Below the pieces are notes generated by a model, which was not told where the DNA came from, made no database searches, and saw nothing but the letters and a program-made list of their open reading frames with translations. Made by a program: the position numbers and the translations under genes. DNA of 61,892 nt, filler included, from Choristocarpus tenellus KU-1152 (lineage: Eukaryota; Protista; Phaeophyceae), in assembly GCA_964200185.2 (NCBI GenBank). It is 11 parts of 11 records of this genome, joined end to end, with 100 filler letters (N's around TTAATTAATTAA, not from the genome) between each part and the next. Parts side by side here need not be neighbours in the genome. Positions count along the whole stretch, not along the records: positions 24,811 to 29,033 come from CAXNAD020015610.1; positions 29,134 to 32,201 come from CAXNAD020022545.1; positions 32,302 to 35,654 come from CAXNAD020020603.1; positions 35,755 to 38,651 come from CAXNAD020023820.1; 7 more parts are not named here. One strand, given 5' to 3'. Below, piece by piece: positions 24,711 through 38,414 of the stretch (position 1 is the stretch's first letter; every line of letters begins with the position of its first letter).

Positions 24711-27301
24711 NNNNNNNNNNNNNNNNNNNNNNNNNNNNNNNNNNNNNNNNNNNNTTAATTAATTAANNNNNNNNNNNNNNNNNNNNNNNNNNNNNNNNNN
24801 NNNNNNNNNNCCCTCACAAACCACCCCCCCCCCAAGATACTTTGATCCCTACCTCTCAATTGATTTAGCTCTGTGTGTTCTTTTCAGTCCACGATGTGAG
24901 GAAAGGTCTACGAACCGTCCAGTTCACGGGCCAGACTGGTTCCATATCTTCTGCTATGTCTACACACCAGGTGCACCAAGTGTTGTAACGGTCTGGGCCG
25001 TTGGCCAGCACGATTACATTTTTTGTTCCCAGGTCGGTTCAGGGTTGTCAAGATGGTAACCGGACCTAGCAGTGGGCTGACCCATGGTCACCCTAAGATA
25101 CAATAGGTGATACGAAGTCCAATCAACCTCTTGTTAATCTCATTGTAATGGTTGATATTTAAATTACCTGGAGGATTGTCTGAAGAGCACCATTAGTTAT
25201 TCCTACTTACCCTTATATGGAACATTTGGGGGGTTGGCCTGACATATTCTGACCACGTCAGCTCGACCTATCTTGACCGGGCCTGTCTGTAGTGTAGGAG
25301 TATTTTTTATTCATGGCCGTCAACTATTTCAACTTAGCTGGGCTGCAGGCTGGCCCGGTACTAGTGTCTTATAATAACAACAGAGCTGGTACAGGGCGGC
25401 CAGAGATTTCAACATAGCTGGGCTGCAGGTTGGTTCTGAACCAATTTGTTCTAACAGGTGCCTTCCAGGGCTCTCAGATACTTCCACACAGGCCAGGCCA
25501 CGGTCACGGCCTGAACTCCCAGAGATGCTAACTGTCTGGTCATGCCAACTACCCGGCCTGATGAAAACTTTGAGAATATCATTAATTGAGTAACAGTGGG
25601 GGATTAACATGAAGACAAAGTGTGATTCCAACATAACCTACTTTTGAGCTGTTTTATGTTATTCATACAGATTAGTAATAACAGAGGAACAATAATATGA
25701 TGGAGAGGACTTGACCTCAACTCTTGTTACCCCCAACCTGTGGTTAAGGACTCTCCTTTCGACATATTGTGCTGCTGCCGTTACTGAGCTTTATAGTGTT
25801 GGAGGAGTGCTGTACGACTGTGTTGTCAATATACGATAATATGGGTGTTTGAATAGTTTCTCGCTCCTCAAAGTTTGAAGTTGGCTTTTGTTCTTCTTGT
25901 TGCTCTCAGTGACAATTTATGATATGACTAATTAGGAGGTTTGTCACAACTCAAGGGAAGTACTTGCTAGCTTTGTTGATGAGTATGTTTCTTGTTACAT
26001 CCTCTTTTATAGCTTAATTTCGCAAAGTTTCACGTTCAATTTCTCTCATTTAGTTGTCATGGTGGACAAAATGAACATTCCGCTATTTGATTACGACAAG
26101 AAGGAGTGCACAGATGCCAAGATGGACAGAGTGCAATCAAAAGTACTATAGAGTAGAAGGCGTTGTGATGCAACAAGGGTACTTGCGCCCTGATTGCGCC
26201 ATAAATAGTAACCCGAGTATAGTAGTAGTGTGGGGTATAATTATCTCTTTCATTCTTGAGAATGGTAACTAAATATTTTGCTTTTAATTTCTGACTCTAA
26301 TCTCTGACTCTCCATACAGGACAGCCCTTCTAGATACCTCCAAATACAGAGGGGGCAACACAATCAGGCATAACTGATTAAAATATATTGTCTGAGTGCC
26401 TTGCATACAATGCCCGCCTGGAGCTTTTTAGAAAAATCCGACGAATGGTGCCCAATTCATTTGAGCTGAGTGGTACGGTTTGGGTAAGGGTAAGAGTAAG
26501 GGCTAGAGCTAGAGCAAATGTGTATATTTTATGGAGGGGGGATAGCTCGCCCGGTTTTCCCGAAATCTGCAGGTATGTGTAGAACACAAGGCACTCACTC
26601 AGCTGAGCATATACCAACTCAATAATCATTGTGCAACCTATATTTTTGCTGCACACAACGGCTGATTCTGAACACTTCGTATGTACAAACAAGGTGCGGA
26701 AGCTCAGCACTGGAATGGAGTACTTCTAGCAATGAAACTGTGTTGAGCAACTTCTTGCTGAGATGACCTGTTGAAGTTTGAGTCTATATTACTCATACCC
26801 GGTAGGGAATGGCACACCTACCAAATAATGAGGTAGTGAGAGCAAAGTGCAGATGAGTTGATGATTCAACAGTACAAGTCACCTCAGCAATGGCAGCAAC
26901 TCAACAAGAAAATCAAATAAGAGTGCAAGTGTGACGACGACCAGGGTATTTGCTATTTCGACAGCAGCAGTACTAGTACTACTCTCAAATACTGTATACA
27001 CAAGGGCAGTAGCAGATTCACTTTTAAGTACTCGTACTTTTGATCTAATTGTCACTGATTTATGTAATGATTGCAGTTGTTCTCCACACTACTCCTGTCC
27101 TTAAAAAAAACAAAAACAAAATAAAAGAAACAAAGCTCCTTTTATGCACACTACGAAAACAAAGCTCCAGTATTTGACGTAGTAGGATTACTACAGTACT
27201 ACTTGATGTAGAGGTCTGTTGAAGTGATTGATGGCACCAAGTGCCAGCTTTTGTTTGTGTGCACTCAGTTTTGTTAATAGAACTACTTACTTGGAGGCAT
27301 T

Positions 27302-27558
27302 GAGTCAATGTAAACGAGAGGTGCCCAGAGTTGCATTTTAAGGATGTTGACAAACCAAAAATTGGCTTCTTTTGCAAATGTGTGCCAGAATATTTTCTAA
27401 ATCATGCCGAAATTTTTTCAATCAATAGAGAAATAAACGCTCTCAGCTCAAACTAAGAAATTCATCCAGAGAAATAAGGGTAAATTGCAAAAGATTGAAA
27501 AACATTCAAAAAAATGCAAAATGACCAAAATCTGGATACCTCTCGTTTACTTTGACTC
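27302..27558 (+). mobile_element. MITE family C copy (degenerate relative at ~40536-40700)
   Basis: TIR GAGTCAATGTAAACGAGAGG / CCTCTCGTTTACTTTGACTC; shares internal AGAAATAAACGCTC...TTCATCCA with 11910-12166. Confidence 0.8.
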
Positions 27559-29280
27559 ATCATTTAAGCTAACCTCTGTGTGCTCAACAACTACTTCAGG
27601 CCACCAAGTGAGAAAAAAAGTGTTGATAACTTTGGCTCTACCTGTCTGTTTTTCGTATGATAAGACAGTCAAGCGCTACACACTTATCACGACTCATCAT
27701 GGATTGACTGGTGTGTTAATAGTTGACACTTCCAACAAAATTCTCCACATATCAATGGTTAGTACTTCATGTCTATCTTCTGAAGCAGTGTTTCAATATT
27801 TACCAACCATTTACTCAAATACTGCTAATAGGGTAATGTACGAAGTAAAACACCGTAAATCTTGAAAACAAATAATCTGAATATTTGAAGGCAACTATCT
27901 AGAACTCCATCAACCGTTTGACTTATCCCTCCCTCTACCTTTGAGATTGTAGGTTCAGGTAATGATGCTTGCTTTCCTGGAGTGCTGGAGAAGGTATTGA
28001 ATTGTTCCTGAGAGCTAAAAAGTTAACAGGTAGGATGTACCTGTCCTTGCAGTCTATTTTTAGAGGTATACAAGAAGACCCTCCAATTAGTAGAGTGGGC
28101 ATTACAAGAAATATATCAGAACTAACCACCACAATCAGCAACTGTGTTTCAGTTTGTAGATTACACTGGTACTATGAGTACCATTCCCTCCCAATTGTGT
28201 AGAGCAGAATAAGGAAAATTTCCGTTAAACTCCACCCCTGTTTCGTGAGTAGGCTATTAATGAAATCAGAGAAGCAAATATAGCCTATTTGTTAGTGACC
28301 CTCTGATTTCAACAACAAATCAGATGTGGAGAGGTTAACAAGTTGATATATATATAACGGTACATGTGTACCTCTGATGCTACGGGAAAAATACATCATA
28401 CCCTTGTCACAGTTTTCTTGTGCAGCTGTATCTATAGCAGACGTTACCTTTAATACTAAGGATTTGCTTCCCTGGACGCAATAAAAAGCTGTTAGGGTTA
28501 GGGTTCGTGCATGGTGGAGCCTATAATATTGTAACATAAAAAAACACTACGTAGAATCCAATTGGAACAAACGAAAAAAAATTGAAACACCCCTTTGGCG
28601 GATACAAACTCACACCGCCTTCCATCAAACTAATAACCATAGGCTCAACATGATCTACAACTCTCTCTGCTTTGTGATCATATGCAAGGCAATACAAGAT
28701 ATCTATTTTTCGGAGCAAAGTGCTCGATACAACACCCCCAAATAGAAGAGCTTTCATGCCTCAATTCACTGCTGTGAAAAATGGCATGCATCATTTGACA
28801 TCTACATTGTTTAAGCAACCTCTATTTTGCACACCTCCAAACAGGAGACTAGTAATTCACAACAGGTCATCATTTCTCCCACCAAGTCAACCCATCTACA
28901 ATTGTACGACTTGACCACCTTTCCTACTTGCTGCACTCTTGCATGATACTACACTGTGATCCTTATCCTCTCACACCCCCCCCCCCCCCCCCCCCCCAAC
29001 CACCCACCAAACACCAACCACCACTCCGACACCNNNNNNNNNNNNNNNNNNNNNNNNNNNNNNNNNNNNNNNNNNNNTTAATTAATTAANNNNNNNNNNN
29101 NNNNNNNNNNNNNNNNNNNNNNNNNNNNNNNNNCCCCCCCCCCAGATACTTTGACCCAACCTTCCATTGGGAAATGTGCTACACCATCAAGGGGGCATCA
29201 TGTCACCGGGAGTCACTGCAAGGACTCCCGGTTAGACCTGACAGACCTCACAAGCGCAGGGTCAAAAACCTGACATCTCT

Positions 29281-29392
29281 TCTTCTAAGAACCAAATCCA
29301 GCACACTGCTGAAGTGGAAGAGCAGAGGAGCACACTGAAGTTCTTCTGAGAACCAAATCCAACACACTGGAAGTGAAGAGGAACACACTGAA
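29281..29392. repeat. Imperfect ~60-bp tandem duplication
   Basis: TTCTTCT(A/G)AGAACCAAATCCA(G/A)CACACTG...GAGGA(G/A)CACACTGAA occurs twice. Confidence 0.8.
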
Positions 29393-29544
29393 ATGCGAGC
29401 AAAATCAATAGTGGCACTATAATGTATGACAACGTATGATATAAGTTGAACAGAACCAGAAAATTCACCTGCAGAAATCGGTAGGGTTAACAGCCCTCCC
29501 CCTCCCCCTCCCCCTTCCTTCCCCCACACCAACCCAAACGCTTG

Positions 29545-29722
29545 TATCGATCCATCCCTGATCCCTCGGTACGTCACCTCCTGCACACACACACTGACCA
29601 TTCTCACCTTGCCGGACTCAAAAAGCAACCTCCCTGTCGCAAGCGAGGTCTCCTCAACGCAGGCGTCCACAAAACTCTTGTAGAACACCACGCCGTTCTC
29701 ACATGACTTAGGCAGGACCCCT
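29545..29722 (-). CDS. Possible isolated exon of an unknown gene
   Basis: GC-rich open frame GVLPKSCENGVVFYKSFVDACVEETSLATGRLLFESGK after a CAG acceptor, with a gtgaga donor candidate. Confidence 0.25.
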
Positions 29723-31529
29723 GACCAAGAACGGGTGCGCCATTGTAAGGTCAAGGTACCAGCGAAGGATGCAACAACAGCGTCTCTTTTTATTATTGTA
29801 TGATACTCTAACGTGAGGTACAGGTGCACCTTCTCAGTGCCCCTCGTTACGGATGAACTCTGAGGTACTCGAGCCTCTTTTGGTTCTCAAATAAAAAATA
29901 AAATAAAAAATAAAATAAAACACACACACACACAAACACACACACATATATATATATATATATATTAATGTGTGTTTAAAAAAACGTGTATTTGAGAATG
30001 AACCAAAAAACAAAAATAAAAATTTAATTGTATGTTTGAGGAGGAGGAGCGTACGAGTTACATACATACATACATATATATATACATAATTATTATATAT
30101 TATATATATATGTATCAAGCATAATATTTAAAAAAATTGATGCGATCGATCGCAATCCAAGAGACCGCAACAAAACGGAGGCGCGTAAATCCGCGATTTC
30201 TGCGAGCAACGCACACAGCGCGCACTCCCATGAACAAAAATATATACATAACATATAATATATAATATATAATATGTAACATATAAAGAAGTCACCCCCC
30301 TCATTTCTTTTTTGGGGGGTTTTCATTTAATCACGACAGAGCACTTCAACGTGCAAATCATACCCTATTACGTCACAAAAAAAAGCTCCCTATGTTTGGT
30401 CTCAGGCAATACAAAAAAAAAACTTGACAATGTAAATGAGTCTTCCTCTGCTAGTACTCAGGCCGCTTACAACTCTCTCACTTCTTTTTTTTCTCAGTGG
30501 CACCATCACCCCTTACAGTCTTACAATTCTACATGCCTGCCATCTGAACTATGGCCTCTCTCTCTCTATCTCTATCTCTATCTCCAAACCCCTCCCCCTC
30601 CCCCTTTGCCCCCCAATGTCACTCACTCCTAACGCCATTGCAGTGGAGAGCCCCCAGGTTAAGCAGCGCATTCATGTTTCCATTTCTTGCAGCCTGTTGA
30701 TTTTTTATGTATTTTTTCCCGGCATTTTATCATTGACGCACAACGCCACACCAATGTGTACAAACACCAAGAGCGAGACACATACACACATACATACACA
30801 TACATACATACATACATACACATACACACATAAAACGGCGGCATCGATAGTACGGGTGAGACATCTAGCGCATGTGATTCTTGAGTTAATATCAACAAAA
30901 ATAGTTAATATCAACAAAAAACAATTATCGTTTGATTTGATAACCCATTTCTGCAACACACAACTTGTTTCCTCCGAGCATCTTCTTGTTGTCCTCCTTC
31001 CACAGAGTACACAATTCACAGGAAAAAAAATAAAAAAATTGGAACGGCAGGGTCATTTATATATATATTTATTTATTTAATTTTTAAAGCAGAGTGTTGC
31101 CACTATCGCTGAAAGGGAAAAAAATGTCAAAATGCCCGTACCTTTTTTGTATACCCACCTAGTGGATACTACTACACTAGTACAACAATAGTACATTACA
31201 GCCAAGACCCTAGCCTATGAAGCCGCCCCGAGGTACATGATGATACTATTTCAATACTACTACTAGTAACAAAATTAGGGTTAGGGTTGGCGAGGAAACA
31301 TGGTTGAAAAAGAAAAATTTGTTGTGGACCTCTATGTTATGGACTTTTAACCAAACTGCATCCTATTGAGCTGTTGAAGTGCATTGACCTTTCATCGCCC
31401 TGTATCCCTAACCCTTCCGCATATTACAATCATTACTAATCACTATTAACCATTTTGAATAATAAACACTACACAGGCTGGTTGGATTTTGAATAAAAAC
31501 GTAACATAATTGTACAAAAATGAATACAA

Positions 31530-31669
31530 ACATGAATAAAGACATGAATAATGACATGAATAAAAGACATGAACAAAGACATGAATAAAAGACATGAATA
31601 AAGACATGAATAAAAGACATGAATAATGACATGAATAAAAAACATGAATAAAAGACATGAATAAAAAAC
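31530..31669. repeat. 12-13-bp minisatellite ACATGAATAAAAG x~11
   Basis: Seen directly. Confidence 0.92.
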
Positions 31670-31924
31670 ACTTCAAACATGGTTCTTAATATTAATATTA
31701 TTATTGTCTCTAGAAATACTGTCATGACCAGGCCAGGGAAAAAAAAAAAAGTCTACATAAATAATAACGTTTTCCCTTCCACAACAGTCAAATCTGTTCT
31801 ATTCAGAGTAACAATGCCATCGTATGATATTATATTTTATATCAAATTAAATTAAATTAAAGGTTTGGTGGTGACGCACAGACAATTCGTCTTGGAAAAT
31901 GGAATCGCGGAGGGACAACAGTTG

Positions 31925-32029
31925 AAGTTTGACTGGATACACTTCAAGTTTGACTGGATACACTTCAAGTTTGACTGGATACACTTCAAGTTTGACTGGA
32001 TACACTTGATGTTTGACTGGATACACTTG
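31925..32029. repeat. 21-bp tandem repeat AAGTTTGACTGGATACACTTC x5
   Basis: Seen directly. Confidence 0.95.
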
Positions 32030-32430
32030 AAGTGTGATCTTCAGAGAGGAGAGGTTCATTTTGACACACTCCTCTTGAGTTATTTCAAGATATATTTGAA
32101 CCTTGTTATGGAGTATACACAACGTGCTCCTGTTTCTGAAGTCCAGTTAACCCCCCCCCCCTTTGAAGGCAAGGCTGTAGAAGGAAAGATTAGGAATGAT
32201 ANNNNNNNNNNNNNNNNNNNNNNNNNNNNNNNNNNNNNNNNNNNNTTAATTAATTAANNNNNNNNNNNNNNNNNNNNNNNNNNNNNNNNNNNNNNNNNNN
32301 NCCCCCCCCCCCCCCCCTCTTTTTGTATGTTATGCGCGCGCGCGTGTGTGTGTGTTTATTTATTTTTTGCATGCACTTTTTATTTTTATTTTTTGACTGT
32401 TTTTTAATGATTGAAAAAAATAAAATGCAG

Positions 32431-35107
32431 GGATCTCTGTTTTACAATGCGTTTGGAGAGGCCTGCCCTATCCCCTGGCCGGACTCTTATCAATCCCTGC
32501 AAGACTACTCCTCTCGAGCTTGGTGTCGCCTGGAAGTGCACCTATGCACACTCCTTCCTCTACCTGCTGAGGGATTCAGGTCTTGCATCTTTCTTTTGCA
32601 TTGAATTAAAAAAAATACATAGATGTTAGAGTGGCTGAGTGTGAAGGAGGAGATGTTTGGTGGTTGCTGCATTTTTGCGCTTGATAAGAGCAGTATTTCT
32701 TACTTGAATAGGGTATACCTGTACCTTCATCTGTATGATTTAATTAATGCCAGAGTATTTTTCGTAATTTTATGTTCTCTTTGTCATTTCTGAACTTGTT
32801 TTGGTGGTAAACAGTGAGATGTTGGAGTCTTTCTTTTGGTCAGTTTTTGTTGTTTTTGTTGTTTTTGTTGTGTAAAAACAAACTACAACAGCACAATAAA
32901 GAAAAAAGTACTTGCCGAGGTATTTTTGTATTAATATGGAGAAAGAAAAATAAAATGTACCTTGAAGAAGTCGACAAAAAACAAGATAAAAAACAAGATA
33001 AAAAACAAGACAAAAAACAAGACAAAAAACAAGACAAAAAACAAGACACGGTCCAATGGCATCCGCTCCCATGTAGTTTTGTTGCAATACGTTCTTTTTG
33101 GTCGAGGAAAAGTGGAGATGAAATGATCCAATCCCCTCCCCCCCCCCCACCCTCCCTGATTTCAGGTACTTTGTGCATAAACAGGAAGCTTCTCGATTCA
33201 ATGATCGTCCACACTTTTTGTACGGAGATTATCAACAAAGACGAAAGGTTCCTCCAGAATGCCTGCCCAAGTTGGTGGGGTGTGGTTGGCTGGATTTCTG
33301 GGACCCTGCAGATGGTGCGTAGACGCGATTGTGGGATTTGGGGGGGTTGGGGGCAGGTTAGACCAATGAATGATCTTGTATTTTGGATTGGGTCAATAGG
33401 CTGCTTTCACTCTGAAATGTCTCAGAGCCTCTCTACATGACGTTGAATCGGGAATTTGGGGGGGGGTTGGTTGAGGGTCTCTGGAGCTGTGACTTGGTAT
33501 ATGCATGCAGTGTATGTATACAGTATGAGCTTAAAGCAAGGTATAGTTGATTTCATTGTGTGAGGCCTCTTTTGTAACACACACACACGCATGCGTGCCG
33601 AAGATTGAGTAGAGTGAAGGTATCTTATTGAGAGAGGGTACGAGTTTTGTTCTGTTTGTCCATTTTGGGCTTGGTTTCCCTCTGGGTTTTAGTGACATTT
33701 TCCTACTCCAAAATATTTAGGAGTAGGTAAAATATATGCTTTATGAAAAGGTGTGTTTGGAACAAGGATGTTGACACTTCCTAACAGACACGAAAGCCAA
33801 AATTACATCAAAATCGCAACACTGGATTTTGGCCCCCAAATGGACGCGGTTCTACCCTCTAAGAAAATTTGGCTCTACTGGACTCCTCAGCTTGCATTTT
33901 CCTAATGGCATGTTGTAGTCACAGTTTTAAGAATATGATAAGGGATGTGCTAATATGAGTGCAATGCCCATCTTTTATTTTTTAAAATTGCACCAGCAAT
34001 TGTTTTTTTTTTTTTTCTGTGAGGAGATCGAATTTTGAATAAAGACTTGTTACAATACTTGTGTAGTATTAGTATTAGTAGTTGTCAAGATTATGCTTAA
34101 CTATTTATGAGAATATGATTTGAAGTATTATTTTATGTACGTACAGAAGAGATAATGCGGGACATTAGGGATAGTTAGGGTTAGGGTATTTGATCGGAAG
34201 TAGTCGACGGACTGTTACATAAGAGTTGGAGTGTTTCTGACGGGTACTAGAGATACGTTGAGTCATTTGGTATTCTGAGTCATTCAATGTTAGGACTGGT
34301 GAGCCCCACCTAGTACAGGTATCTCACTCTCTTCTCAACTTTGGTACAAGCTAATAAACAATAATAGAACTAGTTGTGTAGGACAACAGATCGTCAAGGA
34401 TGGCTTAACAGTAGTATAGTTGTTTTTTCCGTGAGTTGAATGTGTATGTATGTACACTATGAAGTGACCCGTCATGTGCTGGTACTTGCATCATGATTTT
34501 GATCAGTTTACTGTTGATATCTGTTTCCCTTACTTACCTGCCATCATTCCCCCCCCCCTCCCCCCCCACCAATCATACACGTGTTTTATTTAAAATGGCT
34601 TGACTTGGCTGCTGCTGCCGCTGCTGGGGGATGGCATGGTGTGATGGATTGGTGGTTTCACAATAATATATATATATATATATATGTAATCATAACATAG
34701 GGGCATTAACCTCGTACAAGGACCTGGATACCATCAGAGAGCAACTGGTGAGGCATGCCCCTCGCCCCCCGCCCCCGTCCCCCCCAACTCCCCCCCCCCT
34801 ATTTGGTCGGGGAAGCAGCAGTGACTTGGATGCTGGCCTGGGAACAGTTGCCTTGCACTCTACGAGAAGGGCTGTGGTTAGACTGGGGACTTGGACGGAG
34901 GGGGGATTGAGGGCACGGGGGGTGGGAGTGATGGGGGTCGGGAACAATGGCTTGGTGGAAGTGAAGGTGGAGGGGGGAGAGAGGGAGAGGGCTATTAGAG
35001 GGGATAAGGGGGTGGGAAGGAAGCTGGGTGTTGGTGTGAGGGTGGGCCTTCCCAGAGAGGACCTGAGTTCTGGAGAACTATTGATGCTGGACACCTCAAG
35101 AGGGTGA
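32431..35107 (+). CDS. HET-like domain protein (Y..RAWCRLE ... DP..G.LT...D), 3' exons
   Basis: Exons 32431-32579, 33166-33314, 34701-35107 join in phase (2, then 1). They read ...QDYSSRAWCRLEVHL...FR/YFVHK...WDPADG/ALTSYKDLDTIREQL, then a Pro-rich linker and a stop at 35107. Confidence 0.65.
32974..33048. repeat. 12-bp tandem repeat (C/T)AAAAAACAAGA x6, intronic
   Basis: Seen directly. Confidence 0.92.
33612..33875 (-). mobile_element. MITE family A copy (intronic)
   Basis: Reverse complement of the family A body, with both TIRs. Confidence 0.85.
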
Positions 35108-35789
35108 GGGGGAGTGGTTATTGAGGATGGGGTGCTAGATTGGACCGGTGCTATGTGTTGGTAGGAATGAGGTCCTTTTTTGTACCATGGTTCACTGCTC
35201 TAGCCTTAAGGGTGCATATTTTCTGCTGGTGGAATGTGTTATTGTCGATGTGAACAGTTCTGAGAAAAATACTTTTTTTTTTGGGGGGGGGGGGGAACAA
35301 ATTCGGAAACAAAGTCGAAGTTTGCGCCAATATATATGTATCATCTTTTTATTTTTTCTCCTCTTTTTTTTGCATATTTTGCTGAAGATTATGGTGCTAC
35401 CAAATTGAACAAGTAGAAACGACTACCTCGTACCCAGCAGTCCTGTCTGTACTGCAGTCCAGTATTGTACCATGCAGTCCTATGTAGTTGCTGAGGTCCA
35501 GTGGTGGAAATTTGACTTGGAGGAGGTTTTGCGGTGTTATGGTAGGCTTTTTTTCATGTTTTTGTAGTGTGAGATGCTGCAAGACCTGGGCAGTATCTGG
35601 TCCCTTCCCCCCCTCCCCCTCCCAGATACTTTGAGTCACACACAGGATGCACAGNNNNNNNNNNNNNNNNNNNNNNNNNNNNNNNNNNNNNNNNNNNNTT
35701 AATTAATTAANNNNNNNNNNNNNNNNNNNNNNNNNNNNNNNNNNNNNNNNNNNNAAAAATGACACTACGCACACAAAACCTCCCCCCCC

Positions 35790-35828
<39 letters not shown>

Positions 35829-35933
35829 ATCCTCACCCTCTCCTGCTCCCTGCCCCTGCCTCTTCCCCCAACTCTCAGGCTCCAAGAAATGGTTAGTTTC
35901 CTACCCTACCATATTACAAAGAAAAAAACTCAC

Positions 35934-37691
35934 CCATGCACCCAATATTCCCGCTGAGACCAATGTAGTTGAGGTCATACTTGGCAGCCTCCACCTGATC
36001 AAAAGGTCAAAATCAAGACGCACTCGTGTCACGGCATTGTCCAAAAAAAGAAAAAAGAAAATCAATGTCCAAAAAAAGCCAGTGCCACCGACACAAAACC
36101 CCCCCCAAAAAAAGCATTTGTCTCTCTGTATGTGTGTGTGTGTGTGTGTGTGTGTGCTAGAAAATACTATCAGGTGGTTAGGCAGCTAAACACTATTTCA
36201 AGAAAAAGAGTCAGTAGTCCCTCTTTCTCATGCTCTCTCTTCATCCCCCTAACCACCTCCACAACCACTATCTCACATTTCCCCTAGGACTTACACCAAA
36301 AAAGGTCAGCACTTACAAACAGGTGACCCTCACATCGCATCCCCCTTCCAACCACCTGTTCAGGTCATTCGTTGACGCCTTACCCAAATTTGCAAACCCT
36401 ACACCTTACACGATCCAGTAGAACAAGTCCACGTGAGCTGCAAAGTAAATCTAGATACAAACTCTCCACAACCACAGCACACTACCAAGCAAACACAAAC
36501 ACAAACAAGCCCCCCCCCCCCCTCGTAGTTAGAGTGTGTGACCTGTCAGCACAACAAGGCACCAACCTCGCGTGCATCCTCCTGTGTGAAGTCCCTTGTT
36601 TCAAACACCGCCTTCTGGCGCCACTCTGCGTTATCATCAAAGTTAAGCTTGGCATCGCATGCAAGCACTGTTTTGTATAACAAAAAAAATAAACAACAAA
36701 AACACACATTACACACACATACATATGTATGTATGCATAGTCGGGTCAGAAATAACTGTGGTGAATGAGACAGCAAGGATCAGGGCAAGGACGTGTGACA
36801 ACCTACCTATATACCACATGACAACCTATATACCACATGACAACCTACCTATATACCACATAACAACCTCAAACAACCTAAACTGAGAAAGGCGCTCGCT
36901 TCTCAAAAAGTCAACCTCAAATGGTCAACCTCAAGTAGTTGCAAGTGTGACACACAATGAAGAGGTGGGTATATGTAAATAGAAATATTTGTATGGTGGG
37001 GGAGAATATCAAGGGAGACTAGTCATCTCTTGCTATTAGTAACAAGTCATATTATGAGAACATCAAATAGCACGCTAGCAAAGGGGCTATTTTGAGAACA
37101 TTAAATAGCACACCATCCACAGCACTCGCAGGCACAGATGACAGATGAGGACACTGCATTGCACATGCATTGACCAAGAGTGTAGGATCTGGGTGGATTT
37201 GAAGGGTGTTTGAAGGCGTGTACTTACCGAGCACCGTTCTCAGAACGGCGCATACATGCACAGTTCTCAAAAAAAAAAAAACTGGACGCAGGCGTCACAC
37301 CCAACAAAAACAAGCTTGGGATTATTAGTACAACCAGGGGAAGAGTACTGCTTCCTGAAATGGTTTCAAGAGTTCATACACACACATGCATACAAAAAAA
37401 AATGCACTTCCCCTGCAGCGGTTGCATCAAACACACACCTCGTGTGTGTATCTCATAGGCGGGCGGGCGAGCAGACACGCAGGCAGATAGACAAACAGGC
37501 AGGCAGACAGACAGAACAAAGCACGTACCTCTTCCGTCGGGAGTTTCTGCCAGGGGGTTGATCTCCACCAGGGTACAGTCCCTCTCCACAAACATTTTAT
37601 ACATGTTCATCAACAGCTTCTTGCCCTTCAGAAGAAAAAAACACAGACGAACATACATACACACACAAACACATAAACACACACGCGCGCG

Positions 37692-37722
<31 letters not shown>

Positions 37723-38414
37723 AAAAGAGCAGGTGCAATATATCCAGTTTGAGTAGAGCTGTTAGACAAAATGAGAGCATGAAGCATCATAGAAAAGAGT
37801 GTACTAGTGACGGAGTTACAACACACTTTAGAGGGATATCGTATTGTAAGAGGGAAGGATTAACGCTAACCCTATATAAATAGTAGGGGGGAGGGGGGGG
37901 AAGAGGACAACAGCGCTGGAAGGGCAGAGGTTCTGAAAAAAAAGTAGGATAAAAATGACTACCAGAATCCAGTATTTTCTACAAAGCTTCTGTCTGTGAA
38001 GGTGGGAAAACCTCTTTATTAGGGTTTGGGCTGAGAAGGGACAAACAGAAACACAACAGAACAGTTACACGACTTGACATGATGTAACAATCCAAACTTG
38101 TCAAAAATAAATAAATACTACAACAATAAACTCCAAAAAAATTATCTTGCGTGCACACATTTTTTTTTATTAAACATACAGTAACACACCACCCTGTCTA
38201 CATACAGACAATACACACAGACACTACATATACAGACCACTTAAGGCAGGTGGGCATCAACATACAGCTATACCCATATCGAACACCAAACACATACACA
38301 ACACAACACTCAACTCACCGATTCAAAAGACGGACCGTCCTTAGCGAGCTTGAGGTGCAAGGCGATCTTCTCTGCCTGTTGCTCTGTCAGGCCCGCCATC
38401 ATATCAACCTCTTC
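35934..38414 (-). CDS. SUCLA2: Succinyl-CoA ligase beta subunit (mitochondrial), internal exons
   Basis: Exons 38319-38414, 37529-37625, 36567-36667, 35934-35994, in phase. Peptides [47 protein letters not shown] are typical of sucC/SUCLA2. ADP- vs GDP-specificity not determined. Confidence 0.93.

Noticed and set aside
24246-24766. Long ORFs with MYLP/VPTH/GRYI repeats
   Set aside because: Products of a 12-bp minisatellite open in several frames on both strands.
29281-29392. CRISPR-like repeat-spacer pattern (also considered for 58979-59083)
   Set aside because: Units are tandem duplications without unique spacers; eukaryotic context with no cas genes.
31865-32201. ORF with FDWIHFK repeats
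   Set aside because: Explained by a 21-bp tandem repeat; no domain recognised.
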